Below are positions 28,621 to 38,500 of a stretch of DNA of 64,000 bases, in pieces; position 1 is the first letter of the stretch; each line of letters begins with the position of its first letter. The notes under the pieces were generated by a model, which was given only the letters and a program-made list of their open reading frames with translations, searched no databases and was not told the origin of the DNA. The DNA comes from Salinivirgaceae bacterium. Lineage in GTDB: Bacteria > Bacteroidota > Bacteroidia > Bacteroidales > SZUA-534. Position numbers and translations under genes: made by a program. The stretch covers positions 604 through 64,603 of the forward strand of contig JAEINW010000003.1 of assembly GCA_016342715.1 (NCBI GenBank), written 5' to 3'.

Positions 28621-29754
28621 ATGGATCTGAGTTTACATTTTCTTTCAAATACTGTCTTATTTGTGGTGTGTTTGAGTATGGGGACCATGTTTTTAGCATT
28701 CCCTGTTCCTCAAAAATCAGGGTTACGAAACTATAAAATATCATTACGAGTATTAGCTAGTGCCTATTCCATTTTAGGATTACTATCAATGATTATCATT
28801 GTTTTTAAAATACCTGACAATGCCCGCGAACATTTTACATTTTTAGGTATCGGTATTTCATCTTTTCAAGTATTACTTTTTTCAAGTGCGCTTATAACCC
28901 TGATTAATCCAAAATTTGTAACCTTTCGGTATCTAATCGCACAAATTACTCCCTTTTTATTTTTTATAACTTTTTTTATTCTTTCTGCAAAATTTTACGG
29001 CAATCCAGTAATCACGCATTTAAATGAAATAAGTCTCTATTTAAAGAATCCGACCCTGTGGATTAGGCTATTATTTTATGGCTATTATATATTTCAACTT
29101 TTCTTTTATACCTGGTTATATTTTAATGAGGAAAAAAAATATAAATCACGAGCTTTAAATTACTTTTCCGATGAAGTTTGGCTAAAATTAACATGGGTAC
29201 GATTTGCTTTTATTGCGGCTTTAGCCATAGGAACCATTGCAATGATATCATGCTTCTTTCCTCAAAAATACGATTGGATTTTTAACTTACTATATACTCT
29301 GTTTTATTTAGGTTTTGCCCTTGAATACATAAAATATAATAAAATATTTAGATTAGTTGAACCCATAATAGTTACAGAAAAAGTTGTACCTGCAGATGCA
29401 AATAAAAAACCAAGATCCAAAATGGAATGGCTTGGTTTGAAGCAACAAATTATTAACAATAACTATTATCTGGAGACAGGTGTTAACATTGAAGACATTG
29501 CACAACGCCTAAGAATTGGTCGCACTACCCTTTCCACCTTTATTAATCGCGAAGAGGGTGTTAATTTTAACACTTGGATAAATACCATGCGCATTGAAAA
29601 GGCAAAAGAGCTACTAATTAAAAACCCTGATGAACCCCTATCACTTATTTCAGAAAAGATTGGATATAGCGAACAGTCCAATTTCAGTCGTCAATTCAGA
29701 CAAATTACCGGATATGCTCCCACCTTATGGCGGCAGCAGCAAGGTTGTTTGTAA
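28621..29754 (+). CDS. AraC-family transcriptional regulator with polytopic membrane N-terminal domain
   Basis: About 250 aa of TM helices, then an AraC HTH (IEDIAQRLRIGRTTLSTFI..IGYSEQSNFSRQFRQITGYAP). Confidence 0.8.
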   Translation: MDLSLHFLSNTVLFVVCLSMGTMFLAFPVPQKSGLRNYKISLRVLASAYSILGLLSMIIIVFKIPDNAREHFTFLGIGISSFQVLLFSSALITLINPKFVTFRYLIAQITPFLFFITFFILSAKFYGNPVITHLNEISLYLKNPTLWIRLLFYGYYIFQLFFYTWLYFNEEKKYKSRALNYFSDEVWLKLTWVRFAFIAALAIGTIAMISCFFPQKYDWIFNLLYTLFYLGFALEYIKYNKIFRLVEPIIVTEKVVPADANKKPRSKMEWLGLKQQIINNNYYLETGVNIEDIAQRLRIGRTTLSTFINREEGVNFNTWINTMRIEKAKELLIKNPDEPLSLISEKIGYSEQSNFSRQFRQITGYAPTLWRQQQGCL

Positions 29755-29779
29755 AAAATATTGCCTTACAAATTACTGA

Positions 29780-30151
29780 TTGCCATCGCATTACAGTCGT
29801 TTTTATTATTTTGCGTTTTCAACAACACAATTTGGAATACCTTTATGCAAATTTAACCAAACGAATAAAGCTTGCAGACACTACCTTTGTTATGCCCTTT
29901 GTGATGAAACTCCACAAATAGGCAATTTGCGAGAAACCTTCTTTTTAAACCAATTACGGGCAAACGAAAAGGTACATTATGCCGAACCTGCTGATTTTAT
30001 CATTAATCAAATATACACCATTGAAGTAGGGGGAAAAACCAAAGACACTTCTCAAATTCGCAACATTGAAAATGCTTATCTGGCCATTGATGGCATTGAA
30101 ATAGGAACCCAACAACGAATACCTCTGTGGTTGTTTGGGTTTTTGTATTAA
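29780..30151 (+). pseudogene. C-terminal remnant of an AAA_14/DUF4143-type ATPase
   Basis: IGNLRETFFLNQL..YTIEVGGKTKDTSQI..IPLWLFGFLY is the typical C-terminus of this family. The upstream part is scrambled across two frames (29727..29921 and 29780..). Confidence 0.55.
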
Positions 30152-30343
30152 TGAAGCTTAAAACGGTTTTTGGAAAATATTGGAATTTGATTCCAACAAT
30201 ATCGGATATTTTTGGTAACCAATTTCGATACAAACATTAGCTTATTTCATTGTATATATCATTTCAAGTTTGACATGACAATAAAGTTAAGTCAAGTTTG
30301 ATATTTCAGATTAAGAAAGGTTCTGCTTTAGGTGATGAACACT

Positions 30344-30643
30344 TTATATAAGTCTGAAAAGCTGCTCGATATCGGCAATGTCACTTAATCGCATTTTACC
30401 ATCGGCTGCAATCATTTTCAAAGTGTGACAATTCGTCACGGTTTGGTTTCCTTCTTGCTTTAACCTTTGTTTCAATTCCCGCCAATACCATTGAGAGTCT
30501 ATGGTTTCGGTTAGTACTCTAACCACATCGACAATCGAAAAATACCATTTTTCCTGTTCCTCATCCCAATGGGTGCGAATTTGTTTTTCGTTGAATAGCT
30601 TTATTGCCGTTTCCTTTGCTTTATACTTTTCTAATTTATTCAA
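30344..30643 (-). CDS. Bro-N-like DNA-binding domain fragment (99 aa)
   Basis: IRTHWDEEQEKWYFSIVDVVRVLTE..LKMIAADGKMRLSDIADIEQLFRLI resembles the N-terminal half of longer Bro-N/antirepressor-like proteins. The family call is from memory. Confidence 0.45.
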   Translation of the reverse strand: MNKLEKYKAKETAIKLFNEKQIRTHWDEEQEKWYFSIVDVVRVLTETIDSQWYWRELKQRLKQEGNQTVTNCHTLKMIAADGKMRLSDIADIEQLFRLI

Positions 30644-30788
30644 ATAAAACCCATTTTTGGCTTTGTTTTGCTAAACTACCAATTTTTATTATGCACTAGT
30701 TTGTTTAAAATTAACATTTTACGTAGGTGTCTACCATTGCAAATTGAGGAGTGTAATCTAAACATCTAATAAACTTCTCTAATTTATT

Positions 30789-30838
30789 TATCTTTTCAAT
30801 AAGATATATTTATCCATATATATCTTATTGAAAAGATA
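30789..30838. promoter_or_regulatory. Perfect 21-bp inverted repeat (TATCTTTTCAATAAGATATAT - 8 nt - ATATATCTTATTGAAAAGATA)
   Basis: Arms at 30789-30809 and 30818-30838, read directly. Ends 28 nt upstream of the ATG at 30866. Confidence 0.7.
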
Positions 30839-30865
30839 TATTGCTATATTTGTAAAAAATTAATC

Positions 30866-32122
30866 ATGGATAAAGTTGTCTTAAAGAAGATAATAATTGA
30901 AAACAGGGAGTTTATTCAAAATCTCGAATTGACTACCAGACATCAAAACATTGATATTGCAGCAAACTATATATTTTGTGGCATCCGACGGTGTGGAAAA
31001 AGTTTTATGCAATTCCAGCGTATGAAGCAAATTATGAAGCAGTCCAGTGAGTTGGAATTCATTTATATCAATTTTGAAGATGAACGCTTCATAGAATTCA
31101 ACTACCTTGATTTTGACTTGATATTGGAATGTGCTTTTGAACTTTATAAAAAGAAGACGGCACTTTTTTTTGATGAAATACAGAACATTGAAAATTGGGA
31201 AAAGTTTGCACGACGCCTGGCCGATACTGGTTATTTGGTTTATATATCCGGAAGCAATGCAAAAATGTTAAGTAAAGAAATGGCGACTACCTTGGGTGGA
31301 AGATATCTGATTGAAGAGGTTTATCCCCTATCATTTATCGAATACTTAAGTTTTAAATCTATTAAACCAGAAATAAATTTTGAATATTCGAATCAGCGAT
31401 TCGAAATTAAAAAACAATTTGATACGTATTTTTACCAAGGAGGTTTTCCTGAATTACTGAAATACCAAAACTCAAGAGAGTATCTTAGTAGCGTTTATAT
31501 GAAGGTTTTTTATGGCGATTTAATGGCACGCAATCATCTTCAAAATGAACAAATATTAAAATTGTTGATTAAAAAATTGGCAGAAAGTGTGAATAATGAA
31601 ACATCGATAAACCGAATTAAAAATCTGATAATATCTACCGGATTAAAAGTTGGCAACAATACCATTACCGATTATTTAATCCATTTGTTTGATTCTTACC
31701 TCATTTTTCCACTCAATAATTACGCTTCGAATTTCACCGAACGCGAAACAAAAAAGAAATACTACTTTGTTGATCAGGGAATTCTGAACCTTTTTATTAC
31801 TGACCAAAACACTAAATTATTGGAGAATATTGTGTTTATACACCTTTACATCCAATTTAAAGATAAACTGTTCTACTACAAGCGTAAGATGGAGATTGAT
31901 TTTTATATTCCAGAACAAAATCAACTCATTCAAGTTTGCTACTCACTTTCAAACATTGAGACCAAACAACGCGAAATAGCTGCCTTGCAATGGGCAATGA
32001 ATGAATTGAATATAACTAAGGCTACCATAATTACTTACGATGAAGAGGAAATAATTAAGCTATCGGAAGCAATGTTAACGATTGAACTTGTACCTATATG
32101 GAAATGGCTATTAACCACTTAA
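30866..32122 (+). CDS. AAA_14 / DUF4143 ATPase (COG1373-like)
   Basis: P-loop-like GIRRCGKS, Walker B-like LFFDEIQ, and a C-terminal DUF4143-like region. Confidence 0.75.
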   Translation: MDKVVLKKIIIENREFIQNLELTTRHQNIDIAANYIFCGIRRCGKSFMQFQRMKQIMKQSSELEFIYINFEDERFIEFNYLDFDLILECAFELYKKKTALFFDEIQNIENWEKFARRLADTGYLVYISGSNAKMLSKEMATTLGGRYLIEEVYPLSFIEYLSFKSIKPEINFEYSNQRFEIKKQFDTYFYQGGFPELLKYQNSREYLSSVYMKVFYGDLMARNHLQNEQILKLLIKKLAESVNNETSINRIKNLIISTGLKVGNNTITDYLIHLFDSYLIFPLNNYASNFTERETKKKYYFVDQGILNLFITDQNTKLLENIVFIHLYIQFKDKLFYYKRKMEIDFYIPEQNQLIQVCYSLSNIETKQREIAALQWAMNELNITKATIITYDEEEIIKLSEAMLTIELVPIWKWLLTT

Positions 32123-32196
32123 AGCACTATCAAAGAACAATGACCCAAATTTACCCCCAAGATTAGGATAACAGAAATCATACTTTTACCTCAATT

Positions 32197-32234
32197 TTTA
32201 TTAATGATTATGTTAATTTGTACGATTTGATAAA
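32197..32234 (+). promoter_or_regulatory. 38-bp conserved motif, copy 3 (TTTATTAATGA-TTATGTT-AATTTGTACGATTTGATAAA)
   Basis: Direct reading. Lies 323 nt upstream of the adhesin start. Confidence 0.6.
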
Positions 32235-32449
32235 TGTCTTACACATTAAAGTGAAATATTTATACAAAAGTTGGTGAAGGAATAAGGTACTTATGTTTTT
32301 CATGGAACTAGTCTTTCAAAAAGATAACATGGTTCTGAATTTAGTCATCGGATGAATGAATTTGTAAAATATGGTATAAATTAATGCCAATACATTCAGC
32401 TTGTTACTAATTCATCCAATGACTTTAACTAAATTTTCTTCCCCGCACT

Positions 32450-32487
32450 TTTATCAATCTACACGGTAAATTGTACGAATTGATAAA
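32450..32487 (+). promoter_or_regulatory. 38-bp conserved motif, copy 2 (TTTATCAATCT-ACACGGT-AAATTGTACGAATTGATAAA)
   Basis: Direct reading. Ends 70 nt upstream of the adhesin ATG at 32557. Confidence 0.6.
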
Positions 32488-32556
32488 TGGTTCAGAATAC
32501 TACTAATTATCTTTGGGGCTTTTATCTGTGATTTTGAAAATTATCATTCTACCACT

Positions 32557-35500
32557 ATGAATTACTTATATACTAAAACTTGCTTGGCGAGTATTCTAAT
32601 GGGTATGCTTTGCATATTTCAGTTTTCTAGTAAAGCACAAAACAATTGCTTGGATTTTGATGGCGTTGATGATTACGTATCAACCACAGCCATTAACCCT
32701 GCAAGTTTTACTTATGAGGCATGGATTAACCCCGATAACACAACAAATGACCAAGCTATAATTTCCTCTTTAAATGAGATTGGTTTAAAAGGATCCGAAT
32801 TACACATTAGCTCGAATGCAGTCTCGCTTACCATGAGAAATAATACCGAATGGCATAATATTATTACATCTGCTGGTGTTATAAATACCGGAAATTGGTT
32901 TCATTTGGCTACTACTTATGATGGAACTACAGCTATTATTTACATAAACGGGGAGCAAGCAGTATCGGAAACGGAAGCTACCTACATTGCTGGCAGTACC
33001 CCTCTCACTATTGGAAGAAGATCGAGTGGATTACTAAACTTTGATGGTAAAATTGATGATATCTGCGTTTGGAACAGGGCACTTACTCAAACAGAAGTTC
33101 AAGCTAGAATGAATACAAGTATAGCTGGTATCGAAAGTGGACTCCTTTTAAATTATAATTTGAATCAAGGCATTGCTGATGGCAATAATACTGGTATTAC
33201 CTCAGCGACCGATGCAACAACAAATGGAAACGACGGGACGCTTTCAGGTTTTGCTTTAACAGGCACAACTTCAAACTGGACTAAAGGAGCGCCAAAACCT
33301 GAGCCTACAAATCATGCTACAATATTTACTGCAAGTTTAAATGGAAGTAATATTGAATTAGCTTGGAGTGACGAAGCCTCTGCTGAAGGATATTTAATAC
33401 TTGCCTCAACTACAAACTCTTTTACCGACCCTATCGATGGTGTGGAGTCCAGCGTAGATAAAGATTTAAGCGATGGCTCAGTTGTTATTAAAGTGCCCCA
33501 GGGAACGGAAACCTACTCTGGTTTTACAAACGCTGCAACTGGTAATACTTATTATTTCCGTATTTACCCTTACAATAATTCTGGCTTAGATATTAACTAC
33601 AAAACAAACGGAACAGTTCCTGAAAGTTCAGTATTTTTACCAAAAACAGAACCAAGCAATCATGCAACGGCTTTTACTGCCAACGTAAATAGCGGAAATA
33701 TTGAACTTAGCTGGATAGATGAACCTACTGCTGATGCATACTTAATTTTGGCATCAACCACAAATACTTTTACTGTGCCCACCGATGGGAATATTCCTGT
33801 TGCTGATAATGATTTAGCAGATGGCTCAGGAACTATTTTCGCATTGCAAGGAGACGAAATTTACTCAACTTGGCTAAATACTTCCTTTGGTACAACATAC
33901 TATTTTCAGATATATGCTTATACCATAACGGGATCTTACCCAAATTACAATACAAATCCAACCATTCCAACAGTAGACATTATAATACCATATCAACTTT
34001 TCTCTTATCATTCAACATCAATATCTGATTATAACCAAGGAGCAATAGCCTGGGGCGATTTTAATAACGATGGTGCTTTAGATATAATTGCAACGGGAAA
34101 AACAGGTGGAAATGTAACGAGTTTGTACAAAAACAATGAAGACAAAACATTTAGTTGGCAAACTTCCTATTCAGGTGTTCAGGGCTCTATTGTTTGGTGT
34201 GATTATGATAACGACAATGATCTTGATTTTGTTATGGCAGGTAGCGGGGTTACCAGCATATTTAGAAATGAGAGTGGTTCGTTTGTAAAACAATCCGACA
34301 TTTCATTTATGGGCGTTACATCGGGTTCTGTCGATTGGGGTGATTTTGATAATGATGGATTTATGGATTTAATTGTTACCGGCCTCGATAACATCAGCGT
34401 TGAAATCACCAAAATATACCACAATAACGGCAACAATACGTTTCAGGAATTAAATATTGATAATATTATTGGAATACAACATGGTGTAGTTTCTTGTGGA
34501 GACTATAATAATGATAAATTCTGCGATTTTATAATTGTTGGCGGTTATTTTGATAATTACGATATGGGTAAATTATACAAAAGCAATGGTGATGGTACTT
34601 TTACAGAACAGTCAGATATTGAAATACCACCATTAAATATGGCTAGCGCAGATTGGGGCGATTATGACAATGACGGTGATTTGGATCTGCTACTTTCCGG
34701 TATCCATAAAACATCAAACAATGAAGTAAATACAGTGTACCAAAATAACGGTAATAATACGTTCACTGAACAAACTGGTATTACATTAGACGATCCTACC
34801 GACTATCGCCATTCAATAGCTTGGGCTGATTACGACAACGATGGTTATCTGGATATTTTCCAATTGGTTGGCGATTACACTCAAATTTATCATAATGATA
34901 AAGATGGTTCATTTACCAAGAAATCGCTAACAGAATATTCAATAGCTCCTGGCAATATGGCCTTTGGCGATTTTGATAAAGACGGAGATCTTGACTTATT
35001 GGTTACCGACAAATCTAGCAACGATTACGCAACCACACTTTACAATAACAATTGTGCTACAATAAATACAGCACCCACGGTACCCAATGGGCTTACTATT
35101 ACCCAAACAAAAGATAACGCAATATTAAGCTGGAATAAAAGTACCGACAATACTACGCCATCTGAAGGTTTAACCTACAATATTCGCATTGGAACAACTG
35201 CGGGTGGATGCGATTTATTGTCGCCGCAAGCTTTAACTGACGGAACGCTTCTTATTCCAGCAAATGGCAACAACAGTACTGATACCTCCTATGGTTTTTC
35301 ATGCGATCCAGAAACGTATTATTGGGCAGTACAAACCATTGACAAATCCTATGCAGCTAGCTCTTTTTCCAGTGAACAAACATTTATTCGCACCTCATTC
35401 CCGGCAACCAATTTAAGCGCACAAATTAATTCAAGCAGTTCGCTAATGTTGCGATGGGAAACCGGAAGTTTATCACGACGTGCTGTTTTCTGTAAACAGG

Positions 35501-38500
35501 CATATTCTGGATCAGCAACACCTGTCGACGGCGATTACTACCTTGCCGACCCATATTATGGAAAAGGCGACGAAATTGGTGCAACCGGTTGGTATTGCGT
35601 TTACAATGGCAAAGCGGATAGCACTATGGTTTATGGTCTGGATGCCGATTATGGTTATATTTTCCATGTGTTGGAATATACCAGCCAGTCAGAAACAACC
35701 GATTATGTACTGGATGTAGCAGATGGCAATCCAGCGGTTTTTGGTGTAACTGAATTTTTATCGCAACCCAGTTCCATATCAGGTATAACAACCAACTTGT
35801 CAGGTGGCACTTCCAGTTGGGTTGATTACAACAATAACGGATATCTTGATTTGTTTTTAACCGGGAGCTCATCATCCAGTTATTTATACGCAAATAATGG
35901 TGATGGTTCTTTTACCGAAAATTCAATTTTTAACTCAAATTACCATATTACTGAAATCGCTTGGGGCGATTATAATAACGATGGATTTCAAGATGCCATT
36001 GCTTCGTGTGATTCAAATGTTTATACCAGTGTATATAAAATTGACAGCACTTATGACTCCAGTGCTAATAGCTGGATTTATGATTCTACGTATACAGGAT
36101 ATACCACTCAAACAAATTATTTTTCAGTAATATATAAGAACAATAATGGCGAAGAATTTATAAAACAAAGTATTACAAACATTCCCCCCGCTTATGACGG
36201 AAGCATAAAATGGGGCGATTATAATAATGATGGGCTTTTAGATTTGATTTTAACGGGCAGAAGTACTTCTATTGTTAATACAAGTTCTATTTCATACACT
36301 AAACTATTCAAAAATAATGGAGAAAATAGTTTTAGCGAAGTATCAGAAGAATTTCCCGGAGGGGGAAATGGTGATGTGGAATGGGGTGACATTGATAATG
36401 ATGGAGATTTAGATATCGTTTTAGCAGGAAATAATGTTTCAAAAATTTACATTAACAATAATGGAACATTTGATGAACAAACAACATTGCAATTAACGCA
36501 AATAGATAGCCAAGCCACTATTAGACTTGCCGATTTTAATAACGACGGTTTAATTGATATTATATTATTTGGATACACTGATAGCAGACACATATCAGAA
36601 ATTTATCGCAATACCGGAGATGGGCAGTTTAATAAGGAGTCTACATGTGCAATTACTACCATAACATCAGGTTCTGTTAATATAGGCGATTATAATAATG
36701 ATGGCCTTATAGATGTTTTGGCAATAGGATATGCAACTTGGTATGGCTGGCTATCTGGCGAAGCCCCATTTGCCAAATTATACCTTAACATAAGTAATTC
36801 CAATGACAATTTAATCGAATTTGAAGAAGTTAAACAAAACGGGTTAATTGGTTCTAGTAATGGAGCCTCCAATTATGGTGATTATGACAATGATGGAGAT
36901 TTAGATGTAATTATAACCGGTCAGAATGATTTAATTGCCTATACCAAATTTTACACCAATAATACCATCATGAATGCCGGTAGTTTTGCCCCTAATAAAA
37001 CCCCTACCGTTCCACAAAACCTCACCAAAGAACCCCTTCGGGGAGGTGTACTCCTTAGTTGGAATGCTATTACTTCCGACGAAACCCCTTCTTCAACCAT
37101 GAGTTACAATATTCGGGTAGGTACCTCAAAAGACAGCATGAACCTGTATGCTCCAAATTTTGTAGATTCGGTTAATTTTAAAAACCGCACGGTTACACAA
37201 ATGGGTAATGCCGGGCTAAATACCTTTTATAAAATTTATAACCTGCCCGATTTAGCTGATGATAAATACTATTATTGGCAGGTACAAGCTGTGGATGGTG
37301 GATTTTTGGGAGGCGAATGGTCACGGGTAGATTCATTCCAAATTCAGTCGGCACAAGCCTATTTTTCCTATAATATTGCGTGTAAAAGCGACACCACCTT
37401 TTTCAAAGATGAATCGGTTGCCTACGATGGTATTACAGCCTGGAAATGGAATTTTGGCGACAATTCCGGATTAAACTACGAACAAAACCCAAGCCATGTA
37501 TTTCAATCTGCTGGGGAACATAGTGTGCAATTGGTTGTAACCAATAGTCAAGGTAAAACCGATACCATTACCCAAATTGTTTATGTGAAACCTACGCCTT
37601 CTGTTTCATTTACCGCCACCGATGGTTGCGGAGCATTCTCAACTGAATTAGACAATTTAACAAGCACTACCGGTTTAATTAATAGCTGGTTCTGGAATTT
37701 TGGCGATGGGCAAACATCAATTTATGGCGACCCATTAAGTCATGTGTATGGTGCAACAGGTAATTTTACTATTACGCTTTCTGCCTCCGACACTAATGGA
37801 TGTTCCTCAACAATCAGTCACGATATTGTGGTTACCACCAAACCCAATACCTCTCTCACCCTTGAATATGGAACTTTGATCAATGGAAGTCCCAGTTTCT
37901 GCTTGGGCGACAGTGTAATGTATTCTGTGGCTGCAAATGCTAATTACAGCTACCAATGGCAGCGCGATAATTCAAATATTGCCAATACTACCAATCAGTT
38001 AAAAGTAAAAACGGTTACAGGCAATTACAAGGTAATTATAAGCAATAATTTAGCGACCACTTGTGCTGATACCTCCGAGGTAAAAACCATTACCGTGAAG
38101 CAAGTTCCAGCACCTCCAGTTCTGGAAGCTGAATCAGCTGTTTCATTCTGTCAAGGGGACAGTGTTAAAATAACTTTAGGAAGTTATTCCGGAGTTACAT
38201 TTAACTGGTTTAAAAATGGCGGTTCGCTCGATGGCTCACAAAACTATTTTATGGCAAAAGAATCAGGGAATTATACCAGCAGGGTAACATTATCAAATAA
38301 TTGCTATTCAAGTTCAGAGATTCCTGTTGTGGTTAATGTTAAGCCCAACCCACCAACTCCATCACTAAACTATGGCGATTCAACTATTTGCAGTGGAATT
38401 ACACTTAATTATTCAACCGTTAATAACCCAGCGTTGACTTATCAATGGTACAGTAATAACGACCCTATTCCGGGCGCAACCAACAACCTATTTCCTATTG

